Assembly: GCA_963169855.1 (NCBI GenBank)
Contig: CAUJCN010000002.1
Location: 517,608-581,607 of the forward strand
From: Patescibacteria group bacterium
Lineage (GTDB): Bacteria > Patescibacteriota > Dojkabacteria > J137
Length of the DNA: 64,000 nucleotides
Reading direction: 5' to 3'
Of this stretch, positions 9,824 to 20,551 are shown piece by piece. Each line of letters starts with the position of its first letter. Position 1 is the first letter of the stretch. The notes under the pieces are model-generated. The model saw nothing but the letters and a program-made list of their open reading frames with translations, had not been told where the DNA came from and did no database searches. The position numbers and the translations under genes were made by a program.

Positions 9824-11035
9824 ATGGAAGAAAATCTAGTAGTAAGAGTAGAAAATTTATCGAAAAAATTCACAAGAAATATTAAACATACTTTGATCTA
9901 TGGGACAATTGATGTTCTTAAAAGTATGATTGGCTTCAAACCGAACACTGCAAAACTCCGAAGAGGCGAATTTTGGGCACTTAAGAATATAAATTTTGAT
10001 CTTAAGAAGGGAGAAGTCCTTGGAATTATTGGAGAGAATGGTTCAGGAAAATCTACACTTTTACGTCTGTTAACAGGAATCTTTCCCCCAGATATTGGGA
10101 CGGTAACTATCAGAGGACGAATTGGTGCACTGATTGCTGTAGGAGCAGGTTTCAATCCACATATGAGTGGATATGAAAACATTTACCTCAATGGAACCAT
10201 TTTAGGTGCAACAACCAGCGAGATACACGATAAGATAGAAGAGATAGTGAATTTTGCCGATATTGGCGAGTTTATACATGCCCCTGTTTCTACATATTCC
10301 TCTGGGATGAGAGTTAGACTTGGGTTTTCTTGCGCAATTCATTTCACGCCAGAAATATTGTTGATCGATGAGGTTTTGAGTGTCGGAGATCTAAATTTCA
10401 GACAAAAATGTTTTAGGAAAATTGACGAGATAAGAAAAGATACGTCGATCATTTTCATTTCACACAATATGAATCAAGTACAAAGATTGTGTGACCGAGT
10501 AATTGTAATGGACCATGGTGAAATAATTTTTGATGGTGAGACTTCAAAAGGAGTATCGCATTATTTAGAAATAAATAATCAGACATCGCAACAAAATTCC
10601 GACAGTTTCTTGATTGTGAACGAAACAACCGAATCTATTTCAAAATTGAATTTAGAATTGATCGATGAGAGTGGAGTGGCTAAAGCTTCTTTGAACTACC
10701 TTGAGACTTTGAAAATACTAACTTCTTTTGAAAGTAACGTTGAAATGGAAGAAGTCTTGATTGCCTTTGTCCTGTACTCTTCTGACGGAGTGGCTATAAC
10801 CAAATTCGGACCAGAAGGAGCGACTAAGATAATTAAGGGAATCAATAAATTTAGCATTGAAGTTACACAGCCATTTTTCTTACCAGGGAACTATTACATC
10901 GGTTTTAAATGGAGAGAGAAAAATAACTCAGTAATCGCTGACGCTACTACGAAAAGTTTCCGAATTACTCAGCCAAAGGACTACACAGTATCTGTTGGGC
11001 TGATCGATTCTAAATCAGTTCTAACAAAGCATTAA
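9824..11035 (+). CDS. wzt: Polysaccharide ABC exporter ATPase with C-terminal carbohydrate-binding domain
   Basis: GENGSGKS, YSSGMRVRLGF, LLIDEVLSVGD, ~150 aa Wzt-C-like extension. Confidence 0.92.
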   Translation: MEENLVVRVENLSKKFTRNIKHTLIYGTIDVLKSMIGFKPNTAKLRRGEFWALKNINFDLKKGEVLGIIGENGSGKSTLLRLLTGIFPPDIGTVTIRGRIGALIAVGAGFNPHMSGYENIYLNGTILGATTSEIHDKIEEIVNFADIGEFIHAPVSTYSSGMRVRLGFSCAIHFTPEILLIDEVLSVGDLNFRQKCFRKIDEIRKDTSIIFISHNMNQVQRLCDRVIVMDHGEIIFDGETSKGVSHYLEINNQTSQQNSDSFLIVNETTESISKLNLELIDESGVAKASLNYLETLKILTSFESNVEMEEVLIAFVLYSSDGVAITKFGPEGATKIIKGINKFSIEVTQPFFLPGNYYIGFKWREKNNSVIADATTKSFRITQPKDYTVSVGLIDSKSVLTKH

Positions 11036-11050
11036 TTTTAGTATTTGCTT

Positions 11051-11863
11051 ATGCAGTCATTTATTATACGTTCGGTTGGGGAAAGAACTACCATGTTCTT
11101 GGAAAATCAAATTAGAAGTTATTTTCCAGGTTCCGAAATTATCATCATCAAGGAAAGTCCTTTCACTGCAGCACTTACTTCAACATATACGATTGGCAAA
11201 GAAATGAAAGGTGACTGGATTTCAGTTTTAGATGCTGATGTAATAATAGACATTTCAGGATTCAAGAAATTATTAGAAAAAGCCAAGAGTCAGCCTTCGC
11301 AAGTATTTGAGGTGCAAGGAATAGTTTTAGACAAAATGTTTGGAAAATTTAGACCAGCTGGCGTACATATTTACAATAAAAAGCATTTCGACAGAGCGGT
11401 TGAATTTGTACCTAAAAAGGAAGAGTCACTCCGACCAGAAAGCTTTGTGATGAGAAAGATGGCAGCTGAAGGTTTTCCTTTTGTTCAAACTAATATAATT
11501 AGCGGACTACATGATTTCGAACAATTTTATAAAGATGTTTATAGAACTGGGTTTATACATGGGAAGAAGCATTTAGCGTATGAATCTGAACTTACAACTT
11601 TTTGGAACTCTACAACTGATCCCGATTACCAAGTTGCGCTGATTGGTTTTAATGCAGGTAAGAGTGACAAAGAAATAAACTTTGTAACAAACGAAATTGA
11701 CGAAAGTCCTTTGTTACAGTATTTCTCAGATGCCAAAATTGAAGAGAAGAGTGCCGATGTAAGTTTAACAAAGATCGACATAGAAACAATTATAAAAAAC
11801 CATTTGAATCTTGTAGATAGGATTTCTTATAATTTAATTAAAACAAAATTTACATATAAATAA
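11051..11863 (+). CDS. Putative GT-A fold glycosyltransferase
   Basis: DWISVLDADV (DxD motif); glycan operon context. Confidence 0.65.
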   Translation: MQSFIIRSVGERTTMFLENQIRSYFPGSEIIIIKESPFTAALTSTYTIGKEMKGDWISVLDADVIIDISGFKKLLEKAKSQPSQVFEVQGIVLDKMFGKFRPAGVHIYNKKHFDRAVEFVPKKEESLRPESFVMRKMAAEGFPFVQTNIISGLHDFEQFYKDVYRTGFIHGKKHLAYESELTTFWNSTTDPDYQVALIGFNAGKSDKEINFVTNEIDESPLLQYFSDAKIEEKSADVSLTKIDIETIIKNHLNLVDRISYNLIKTKFTYK

Positions 11864-11870
11864 AACTTCT

Positions 11871-12443
11871 ATGACAAACCTAGACGATTTAATCAAAGCT
11901 GATGATATTTTAATTGATTGCGGAGCAAATGTAGGACAAGAAACGTTACCTGCACTGGAAGCTGGTGCCGAAGTATACTCATTTGAACCTAATCCATATG
12001 CATTTAAAGAGTTACTTACCAAAGCATACTTACATCCTAAAGCCCACCTATATCCTGCTGCAGTTTTGGATACAAATTCTGAAATGAATCTTTATTTGCA
12101 TCAAAATAATGATGAAGACCCTGTAACTTGGTCCACTGGATCCTCATTGATGAGTAGCAAACGAAATGTGAATCAAGAAAATTTTGTAACTGTTCCTGTT
12201 ATCGACTTAATTAGTTTTATTTCAAGATTTGACAAGCAAGTAAAAGTTCTTAAGTTAGATGTGGAGGGAGCTGAGTACATTATTTTAAAAGCATTGATTC
12301 AAAGTGGAGTATACAAGAAAATTGATCATATTCTAGTGGAAACTCATGACGGTAAAATTCCCGAGCTAGATGGTGAAAAGGAAGCACTAGATAAGTTGAT
12401 TTTGGAACACGGCGTAACAAATATTGATCGGACTTGGAAATAA
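11871..12443 (+). CDS. FkbM-family methyltransferase
   Basis: IDCGANVG, SFEPNP, LKLDVEGAE. Confidence 0.92.
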   Translation: MTNLDDLIKADDILIDCGANVGQETLPALEAGAEVYSFEPNPYAFKELLTKAYLHPKAHLYPAAVLDTNSEMNLYLHQNNDEDPVTWSTGSSLMSSKRNVNQENFVTVPVIDLISFISRFDKQVKVLKLDVEGAEYIILKALIQSGVYKKIDHILVETHDGKIPELDGEKEALDKLILEHGVTNIDRTWK

Positions 12444-13159
12444 TGAGTAGCCAAAAAAACTTTCTTTTGGAGTTAAAAAACAAAGTAATATCTGACAGCT
12501 CTTATTCAGTTAGGCGATATTTTGTTGATAAGTTTTTTTACGAAAGTGTAGATCTATTGCCAGAAAAATCTCTAATTTTAGATATTGGCGGGGTAAAGAA
12601 TAGTAAACGAGGGATGTTTGATATAAGAAAATTCAATCTTGAGGTTAAATATTTAAACATATCCGAAAAAGCTGAACCAGACATAATGGCCGATGCAACG
12701 AGTATACCTGTGGAAGACAATTCATTTGACGGAGCAATCCTTGGCGAAGTTTTGGAGCATATTAGTCACCCAGAAAAGGTTTTAAAAGAAGCACACAGAG
12801 TTATTAAAACTGGAGGAAATCTTTTGATAACTACACCATTCCTTTTTCAAATTCATGGAGATCCTGATGATTATTTAAGATATACCGACTCTTGGTACAA
12901 AAAGATTCTTGAAGAAATAGGTTTTGAGATTGTAAAGATAGATAGACACGGAGGGTATTTTTCAGTTTTAACTAATCAGCTAAAGAATTTCTTTCATCAA
13001 AGTAATTTTGAGAATTTTAGAATTAGATTCTTTTCAAAATTATTACTGAAATACCTTATTAAGAATTTCTTATCACTTGACGAGAAAGCTAAAAACTATT
13101 CAGGAAATCTTTTATCCGGATCTACAACTGGATTCGGAATTGTTTGCGTAAAAAAATGA
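12443..13159 (+). CDS. Class I SAM-dependent methyltransferase
   Basis: ILDIGG, IPVEDNSFD, EVLEH, EAHRVIKTGG, HGDPDDYLRYT; TAATG coupling. Confidence 0.9.
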   Translation: MSSQKNFLLELKNKVISDSSYSVRRYFVDKFFYESVDLLPEKSLILDIGGVKNSKRGMFDIRKFNLEVKYLNISEKAEPDIMADATSIPVEDNSFDGAILGEVLEHISHPEKVLKEAHRVIKTGGNLLITTPFLFQIHGDPDDYLRYTDSWYKKILEEIGFEIVKIDRHGGYFSVLTNQLKNFFHQSNFENFRIRFFSKLLLKYLIKNFLSLDEKAKNYSGNLLSGSTTGFGIVCVKK

Positions 13160-14178
13160 ACTGGTTCTTCAAAAGAAAAACGAAAATTCATTATGTAGCG
13201 GATGGAGTAGACTGGGTTATTTCCGAGATTGGGAAAAGCCTGCAGAAACACCTTGCAGATTATGAAGTGATTGTAAGTCCAGATTTTTCGCAAGCTACTG
13301 TAAATGACATTATTCACTTCTCAAATAGATATCAAATCGATCAAATAACCGAAGAAATCAAAAGTAAGAAGATATTGATAACTTATTATCACGGCGAAAA
13401 TGATGATCACGAACTTGTAGAAAAATTCAAAAGCAAAATGCACTTAATTAAATTCATTGTGACTTCAAACGAACTTACTAAGAAGCATTTGCTTGAAAGT
13501 GGTTTTGAGGAGAGTAAAATTGTGGTTATTCCTATCGGGATTGAAGTTAGTGATTTCATAGAAGTAAATGCTGAAGAAAAAGCTAAGTTAAGAACCGAAT
13601 TTGGTGTTCCAAACGATTCGTATGCGATTGGCTCTTTTGTAAAAGATGGAAATGGTTGGGGAGATGGAATGGAACCGAAGCTAATTAAAGGACCAGACGT
13701 TTTTTGTGATGTTATAGAAAAATTGAATCAGCAATTGAATGGAAAAGTTTTTGTAGTTTTGACTGGACCAGCAAGAGGATATGTAAAAAAGAGACTAGAT
13801 GATGCAAAAATTCCTTACATTCATAAATTCCTAGATGATTATTCTGAGATTGTAAATTACTACAATTTGATTGATCTATACATTATTCCTGCAAGACTAG
13901 AAGGTGGTCCAAGATCAGTTTTAGAAGCACCAGCTGCAGGAGTTCCTGTTGTTTCGACACGAGTTGGAATGGTTCCTGAAATAATTGAAAATGGTGTTTC
14001 TGGATTTATAACAGAGATTGAAGATGTTGATAAATTAACTGAATACTCAAAACAAGTTTTATTAGATAAAGATCTGGCTAAAAAGTTCGTAGAAGAGGCA
14101 AGAAAATCGATATCGAGGTATGATTATGGATATATCTCTAACGAATTTAATGATCTTATTTATAAAAAGCTTAAGTAA
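13156..14178 (+). CDS. GT4 glycosyltransferase
   Basis: KGPD, EGGPRSVLEAPAAGVPVVST. Confidence 0.9.
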   Translation: MNWFFKRKTKIHYVADGVDWVISEIGKSLQKHLADYEVIVSPDFSQATVNDIIHFSNRYQIDQITEEIKSKKILITYYHGENDDHELVEKFKSKMHLIKFIVTSNELTKKHLLESGFEESKIVVIPIGIEVSDFIEVNAEEKAKLRTEFGVPNDSYAIGSFVKDGNGWGDGMEPKLIKGPDVFCDVIEKLNQQLNGKVFVVLTGPARGYVKKRLDDAKIPYIHKFLDDYSEIVNYYNLIDLYIIPARLEGGPRSVLEAPAAGVPVVSTRVGMVPEIIENGVSGFITEIEDVDKLTEYSKQVLLDKDLAKKFVEEARKSISRYDYGYISNEFNDLIYKKLK

Positions 14179-14180
14179 AT

Positions 14181-15080
14181 ATGAAGATCCACATAATCTT
14201 TAAAGAAGTAGATGGACCTTGGGGAGGCGGAAATCAGTTTATAAAAGCTTTACGGAGAGCTTTGATAAAACAAAACGTTTACACAGATAATCCTGAAGAA
14301 AGCGATGCAATTCTTTTCAACAGTCATCACAATGTTGAAAAAATTGTTGAGTTCAAATCGAGATTCCCAAACAAGTTATTTGTTCACAGAATCGATGGAC
14401 CTGTTTGCTTAGTTCGAGGAACACCGAATATGGAAACGGATCACGAAGTTTTTGACTTGAACAATCAGTTTGCTGGAATGTCTATTTTACAATCGTCTTG
14501 GAGTTTGAACGCTTCATATTTATTAGGATTTAAACCAGTCAACCCTGTTTTGATTAACAATGCTTCTAACAAAGAAATCTTTCATAAAAATGGCAAGTCT
14601 CCTTTCAATAGAGATAAAGTAAAGGTTATTAGTTCAAGTTGGTCATCAGCAAAAAACAAAGGTTTAGAAACTTTCCAGTGGTTGGATGAGAACCTGGATT
14701 TCTCAAGATACTCATACAGTTTCGTAGGTAGAGTAGATGCAGAATTCAAAAATATTCAGAAGCTTGAACCACAAGCATCTGACGAATTAGCTAATACATT
14801 GAGATCTCACGATATTTTCATAGCACCAAACATTAACGATACTTTCTCTAACGCGATAAATGAGGCAGTAACTTGCGGATTACCAGTTGCTTACTTTAAT
14901 AGCGGAGGAAATGCTGAAGTTGTTCAACAAGGAGGAATTCCATACAACAATTTTGAGGAATTATTGAAGGCACTTGATGTTATTTCCGACAATTACGAAG
15001 TCTACAGATCTTTGATTAAACCTAGAGACATTGATGATATAGCGTCTCAGTATATTTCAGCAATTAAAAAAAATCTTTAA
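14181..15080 (+). CDS. GT4 glycosyltransferase
   Basis: GPWGGGNQF, DTFSNAINEAVTCGLPV. Confidence 0.88.
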   Translation: MKIHIIFKEVDGPWGGGNQFIKALRRALIKQNVYTDNPEESDAILFNSHHNVEKIVEFKSRFPNKLFVHRIDGPVCLVRGTPNMETDHEVFDLNNQFAGMSILQSSWSLNASYLLGFKPVNPVLINNASNKEIFHKNGKSPFNRDKVKVISSSWSSAKNKGLETFQWLDENLDFSRYSYSFVGRVDAEFKNIQKLEPQASDELANTLRSHDIFIAPNINDTFSNAINEAVTCGLPVAYFNSGGNAEVVQQGGIPYNNFEELLKALDVISDNYEVYRSLIKPRDIDDIASQYISAIKKNL

Positions 15081-16087
15081 TGTTTTGGAATAGAAGAACC
15101 CAAAAGAAATTGTTTATACCAAAGGTGGATAAATTCTATGGTGGTCCAAAAACCTTTCTGACAAATTTGTCTAAGTACCTCCACGAAAAGGGAGTAAAAA
15201 CCATTTCTGACCCCTTAAATTCAGATTTAATTTTCTTCCCGGTTGAATTTCCTAAGGAAATTTTGGAGAAAGCATCAAAAAAAAAGATTCCGATAGTCCA
15301 AAGACTGGATGGAGTATTCTACGAGCCTGAGCACAATAAAGCTCAGTTAGAATTCGATAATTACGTAAAGGAGATCTATTTAAAGTACGCAAACTACGTT
15401 ATATTTCAAAGTGAATATAGTAAATCTCAATGTTTTTTTAAATACGGAGAAAAAAGCCCCGACCAGTTTTCGCTTATTGTTAATGGTGTGGATAAAACCA
15501 TATTCTATCCTAGTGATTCCGAGCATGATCCTACAAATTTTATTCGTTTTGTTACCACAGGTAATATCAGAAGAAAGGAGATGATCGAACCTATTGTACT
15601 GGCACTAGACGAGCTTAGAACAGAATTTAACTTTGAATTGACAGTTGTGGGAAAAATTACTGATGAACTGAAACCATATCTCAACCGAGACTATCTAAAC
15701 TACGTTGGACCTAAAGAACTTCAAGAAGTTTCGAAAATTTTGCGAAACTCAGATATCTTTTTATTCTCTTTTTTAAATCCTGCATGCCCGAACTCAGTAA
15801 TTGAAGCAGTATCTACAGGGTTGCCAGTTGTTTCATTCGATTCCGGCTCAATGAAAGAGCTTGTAGGGTTCAATAAAGATCTGTTGGCCTTTGTATCAGA
15901 TGATTTGTTTCAAAATGTTAAGGATTTCAAATACGAGAAACTAAAAGAAAAAATTAAACTTTGTGTCGATAATTTTAGAAAGTATAAAAAGGAATCATAC
16001 TTACAATCTTCACTTTACTCATTCGAAACTTGCGGAGATCAGTATATGGAGACTTTTAATGCTATTATTAATCAGAAACCTAAATAA
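15080..16087 (+). CDS. GT4 glycosyltransferase
   Basis: ACPNSVIEAVSTGLPVV. Confidence 0.88.
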   Translation: MFWNRRTQKKLFIPKVDKFYGGPKTFLTNLSKYLHEKGVKTISDPLNSDLIFFPVEFPKEILEKASKKKIPIVQRLDGVFYEPEHNKAQLEFDNYVKEIYLKYANYVIFQSEYSKSQCFFKYGEKSPDQFSLIVNGVDKTIFYPSDSEHDPTNFIRFVTTGNIRRKEMIEPIVLALDELRTEFNFELTVVGKITDELKPYLNRDYLNYVGPKELQEVSKILRNSDIFLFSFLNPACPNSVIEAVSTGLPVVSFDSGSMKELVGFNKDLLAFVSDDLFQNVKDFKYEKLKEKIKLCVDNFRKYKKESYLQSSLYSFETCGDQYMETFNAIINQKPK

Positions 16088-16106
16088 TATATTTAATTTC
16101 TTTCAA

Positions 16107-17153
16107 ATGAAAATTTTAGTAACAGGAGCGGCTGGATTTATTGGATTCCATTTAACAAAACAACTTTTAGATAACGGTGAAGATGTTGTAGGCATTGATT
16201 CTATTAACACATATTACGACCCTGCTTTAAAAATCGCAAGACTAACTGAGCTTGGTATTGCTAGTGACAAATTAGAAAGTGGAGTTATTAAAAGTAGAAC
16301 TTATGAAAATTTCAAATTTCTAAGAATTGATTTAACAGAATACGATAAAATTTTGAAACTTTTTGCTGATAGTAAATTTGATGTTGTAATTAACCTGGCA
16401 GCGCAAGCAGGTGTTCGATACGCACTACAGAATCCTCAAGTTTATGTTGATAGTAATTTAAATGGATTCTTTAATATCCTTGAATGTTGCAAAACCTATC
16501 CTGTAAAACATTTGATTTTCGCTAGTAGTTCTTCAGTATATGGTTTGAATGAAGAGATTCCTTTCTCAGAACACCATAGTACCGATCATCCTACAAGCCT
16601 TTATGCAGCTACAAAGAAAGCGAATGAAGTATTAGCACATTCATATAGCCACATTCACGGAATACCAACTACTGGATTAAGATTCTTTACAGTTTACGGA
16701 CCGTGGGGAAGACCAGACATGGCATTATTTAAATTCACAAAGAACATTCTAGAAGAAAATGAGATTGAAATTTTTGGACATGGAGAAATGTATCGAGACT
16801 TTACTTATGTTCAAGATATTGTAGAGGCAATTTCGAGATTAGTTGACAAAGCACCGGAAAAAAACATTCACTGGGATGCAAAAAAACACGATCCTGCAAC
16901 ATCTTCTTCACCATACAGAATTTTAAATATTGGAAGAGGGCAGCCGGTAAAATTACAGGATTTCGTAGATATTCTTGAAAAAAAACTCAACAAGAAAGCT
17001 ATTAAGAAATACGTTGATATTCAGCCTGGGGAAGTTGTTACTACATATGCAGATACATCTGAATTGGAAAAATTAACTGGATTCAAACCAATTGTGAATA
17101 TAGAGCAAGGTGTATCTGATTTTGTCGATTGGTACTTAAACTACTATAAATAA
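16107..17153 (+). CDS. NAD-dependent epimerase (UDP-glucuronate 4-epimerase type)
   Basis: Start placed at MKILVTGAAGFIG; LAAQAGVRY, YAATK, FFTVYGPWGRPDMA. Confidence 0.93.
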   Translation: MKILVTGAAGFIGFHLTKQLLDNGEDVVGIDSINTYYDPALKIARLTELGIASDKLESGVIKSRTYENFKFLRIDLTEYDKILKLFADSKFDVVINLAAQAGVRYALQNPQVYVDSNLNGFFNILECCKTYPVKHLIFASSSSVYGLNEEIPFSEHHSTDHPTSLYAATKKANEVLAHSYSHIHGIPTTGLRFFTVYGPWGRPDMALFKFTKNILEENEIEIFGHGEMYRDFTYVQDIVEAISRLVDKAPEKNIHWDAKKHDPATSSSPYRILNIGRGQPVKLQDFVDILEKKLNKKAIKKYVDIQPGEVVTTYADTSELEKLTGFKPIVNIEQGVSDFVDWYLNYYK

Positions 17154-17155
17154 GC

Positions 17156-18181
17156 ATGAGTTCACCAAAAATCTCGGTTCTAATGTCTGTTTATAATGGC
17201 GAAGACTTTTTGGCTGAAACTATCAAAAGTGTTTTAAATCAAACCTTCACAGATTTTGAATTCTTAATAATCGACGATGGTTCTTCAGATTCCTCTGGTG
17301 AAATAGTGAAATCTTTCAACGATGAAAGGATCGTTTTAATAAGGAATGAAAGTTCTTTAGGATTAACTAGAAATCTAGCAAATGGAGTAAATTCAGCGAA
17401 AGGAGAGTACATTGCAAGAATAGATGCAGATGATCTAATGATGCCAACAAGGTTAGAAAAGCAGTTCACATTTATGGAGAACAATTCTGAGATTTCCGTT
17501 GTTGGTAGTGCGATGCAAACTTTTGGAGACATCGATCTAATTTGGGGGAATCCAGAAGGAGATGCTTATATAAAATCTGGGCTATTGTTTTCATCGGCAC
17601 TTTATCACCCTTCTGTGATGATAAGAAAGTCATTTTTAGTTAATAGTAATACAAATTACAATCCCGATTTTAAATATGCCCAAGACTATCGATTGTGGAC
17701 AGATGTTCTTATTGCAAACGGAAAATTCGCGAATGTTTCCGAGCCTCTTACGAAATATAGAGTACATAGTAGTAGTATCACTTCTACAAAGAAACCTGAA
17801 CAAATTGCACTTGCAGATAGAATTAGAAGAGAACTTGCAGAAAGACTAGGGATTGAATTCACAGATAAGGAGATCGCATTGTTAAAAGTGATCAACAATT
17901 CGTACACAGGTTTAGACCTGAAATCTATGGATACTATCTTCTGCAAATATATTAGCGGGAAGCATGTTCCAGAACATTTGAATATTCAATTCCTAAAGAT
18001 CTATTTAAGAAAAAAAATAATAGAGTTTTTGAGATCATCTGGACTTGAAACAGAAGCATTATGGAAAGCCTTGCAGTCTTGTAAAATTTTCACTTTATTC
18101 GAAAAATTTAAATTCTTTCTGTTAAAATTTAAATACTCAGATCCAAATGTTTATTTAGATAGGGTCGCTCACAATTTATAA
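17156..18181 (+). CDS. GT2 glycosyltransferase
   Basis: ISVLMSVYN, IIDDGS, YIARIDADD. Confidence 0.93.
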   Translation: MSSPKISVLMSVYNGEDFLAETIKSVLNQTFTDFEFLIIDDGSSDSSGEIVKSFNDERIVLIRNESSLGLTRNLANGVNSAKGEYIARIDADDLMMPTRLEKQFTFMENNSEISVVGSAMQTFGDIDLIWGNPEGDAYIKSGLLFSSALYHPSVMIRKSFLVNSNTNYNPDFKYAQDYRLWTDVLIANGKFANVSEPLTKYRVHSSSITSTKKPEQIALADRIRRELAERLGIEFTDKEIALLKVINNSYTGLDLKSMDTIFCKYISGKHVPEHLNIQFLKIYLRKKIIEFLRSSGLETEALWKALQSCKIFTLFEKFKFFLLKFKYSDPNVYLDRVAHNL

Positions 18182-18200
18182 ATAAGATTTTCAACTTCTC

Positions 18201-19556
18201 ATGAGTAATGAATCAGCATTAAAAGAACAAATTTTAAAATTAAAAAGGGAAAAAAGATATCTAGAAGATCAGTTATCGTTAATAACATCGTCCAACGTTT
18301 TTGAATTTTCTTTACTATTTAAAACCTCACTGAAGAAACCTTGGTTACTACCATTACTTCCTTTTAGAATAGTATGGTTTATTTTGCAGATGTTAAGGAG
18401 ATACTTTATTGTCTTTGTATTGGCTCCTTTGAGAAGAATCTGGTATAAGAAGTATCCACCAAAGAAAGTTGCATTTCTTTGCTATTCGGGACAAACGGGG
18501 GGAGGAGAAAGAGTTGCTCTTGGACATTTGAAGAAAGCTTCCCAGCATTACAGAACTGATGCATTTTACATAACTAAACCAGGTCCAATTTCTAAAGATG
18601 CTGCAAACTACGCTGGCAAAGTTGTATTCAACAGAAGACCTGAGTATCAGTTGGCTGCCTATAGAGCACTTTACATTACTCTTTGTATGCCAGATATTGC
18701 ATTAATTAAGAAACTCAACCCTGATATTAAGATTGCTGTTGTTATTCACGATCACCTCTCAGGTTGGATTGATTATTTCCAGGGTTATTCACACACACCA
18801 CTTATCGATAAATTTATCTGCATTAGCAAGCTAGTTCGAGATAAATTACTGGATGCAGTGCCCGATCTCGATCCAAATAAAGTTGAAGTTCTTTACAATC
18901 CTTACTTCTTTGGAAACGATGATTTGCAAAATGTAAAGCAGGATGATAATAAGGAAATGGTTTTCGGATATGTTGGAAGAATAAGTCCTGAGAAAAATCC
19001 AGTTTCTCTTGTCAGAGTTTTCAAAAAGTTCACCAAAGATCATCCTGAAGTAAAACTTCAAATTGTTGGAGGAATCGATGAAAGTCTGGGACATCTAAGA
19101 AAGTATAGAGATTTAATGATTGCGGAAATCGGTGATAACAAAAATATTAGTTATCTGGGATATTCAAACGATACTAGCGGATTTATCAAAAAGCTTTACG
19201 GTATGGTTTTTTCATCATTTATAGAAGGAATCTCTGTAGCTGCAACAGAAGCTTTGAGTTACGGAGTACCCGTTCTAACCTCAAATGTTGGTGCTATGGG
19301 TGAAATTGTAAACGAAGGTTTCAATGGATACCATTATGACATCGATGAAATTTCTGTGAATCCATTCGACATTCGAGAGAACTACCAATTCTTTACAGAA
19401 GCTGATGAAAAAAGATTTATCGAAGCATTAGAGAAATTCGTAAAGACAAAATGGGACAGCAAAGCTATTGCAAAAGACGCAATGGATAAATTTTCAGAAA
19501 ATGTAGCTTACGAGAATTTCTATAAAATATTTAATGGGATGTTAACAACTAACTAA
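18201..19556 (+). CDS. GT4 glycosyltransferase with N-terminal coiled coil
   Basis: GGGE, GRISPEKN, EGISVAATEALSYGVPV. Confidence 0.88.
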   Translation: MSNESALKEQILKLKREKRYLEDQLSLITSSNVFEFSLLFKTSLKKPWLLPLLPFRIVWFILQMLRRYFIVFVLAPLRRIWYKKYPPKKVAFLCYSGQTGGGERVALGHLKKASQHYRTDAFYITKPGPISKDAANYAGKVVFNRRPEYQLAAYRALYITLCMPDIALIKKLNPDIKIAVVIHDHLSGWIDYFQGYSHTPLIDKFICISKLVRDKLLDAVPDLDPNKVEVLYNPYFFGNDDLQNVKQDDNKEMVFGYVGRISPEKNPVSLVRVFKKFTKDHPEVKLQIVGGIDESLGHLRKYRDLMIAEIGDNKNISYLGYSNDTSGFIKKLYGMVFSSFIEGISVAATEALSYGVPVLTSNVGAMGEIVNEGFNGYHYDIDEISVNPFDIRENYQFFTEADEKRFIEALEKFVKTKWDSKAIAKDAMDKFSENVAYENFYKIFNGMLTTN

Positions 19557-20551
19557 TGTTCGGAATGTTTTCAGAACCAAAACAATATACAGTTCTTCAT
19601 ACAGTAAATGATACCGATAGTAAAGTTCTTGGCGTTACAATTGATCACTGGTTTGGGGTGAAAAGAGCTACATACACAAATTTCTCTAATGTCCTTGAGT
19701 TAGAAAATGTTTCTAGGGGAGATTATATTGAACAAATTCTTCCAGTTTTAGAAAACTATACAACGATTGTATTCAATGGAATGACTGAACTATTTTCAGC
19801 GATTATTGATAAATTACAAGGAAAAAGGATTTTCGTAATGTACCATGGATCTCCAACTTTACATTCTGACAATGAATACGAGAACTTCATGTTTAAATTG
19901 ATTCTACAGAAATCTGTTGAAAACAAAATCGAAGGAATCATTTTTGTGAAGGAAGGATTAGAGAAAATCTTTGCCAGGCTTGGCCACAAAGCATTTCATC
20001 TACCGAACAAAATAGGTGAACTACTTGATAAAGAAGTTTCAACGCCTTCCATATTTAAAGTAGGAGCTTTATCTCAGCATTTACTGTGGAATAAAAATCT
20101 TTATAATCAAATTCTAGCTGGCTTGTCTGTTAAGGATACGGAAGTTTTCGTTAATGTCGATAAAATTAAACTTGGGTATTTGGCCGAAGAGCCTAGAATC
20201 AAAAGTGTAGGTGTGATTGCTGATCCAAAGGAGTTTCAGAACTTTTTAGCAACTCTTGATATAAACCTTAACGTTACTTTAACTGAGGCTTACCCAATGA
20301 ATATTATCGAATCCCTCCAGGTTGGGATCCCTTGCCTAACAAGTAGAACTAATCATATTTACGATAGAAATACTGTTCTTTCAAACTATTTGATTGTTGA
20401 TGAGTTTGATAATCCGCAGGCGATCACTGCAAAACTTCACGATATTATGAACAACTACGACGAGATTGTGACCGAAATTTTGAAGTTTAGAACCACCTTA
20501 AAGGCAGAAAATCAGCAGAAGTGGGATGAATTCCTAGCAACTCTAAATTAG
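19556..20551 (+). CDS. GT-B fold glycosyltransferase
   Basis: TEAYPMNIIESLQVGIPCL. Confidence 0.8.
   Translation: MFGMFSEPKQYTVLHTVNDTDSKVLGVTIDHWFGVKRATYTNFSNVLELENVSRGDYIEQILPVLENYTTIVFNGMTELFSAIIDKLQGKRIFVMYHGSPTLHSDNEYENFMFKLILQKSVENKIEGIIFVKEGLEKIFARLGHKAFHLPNKIGELLDKEVSTPSIFKVGALSQHLLWNKNLYNQILAGLSVKDTEVFVNVDKIKLGYLAEEPRIKSVGVIADPKEFQNFLATLDINLNVTLTEAYPMNIIESLQVGIPCLTSRTNHIYDRNTVLSNYLIVDEFDNPQAITAKLHDIMNNYDEIVTEILKFRTTLKAENQQKWDEFLATLN

Noticed and set aside
15963-16106. N-terminal extension of the epimerase (likewise 24523, 32336, 40253, 45422 starts)
   Set aside because: Artefacts of longest-ORF calling; family N-termini and -10 boxes support the downstream ATGs
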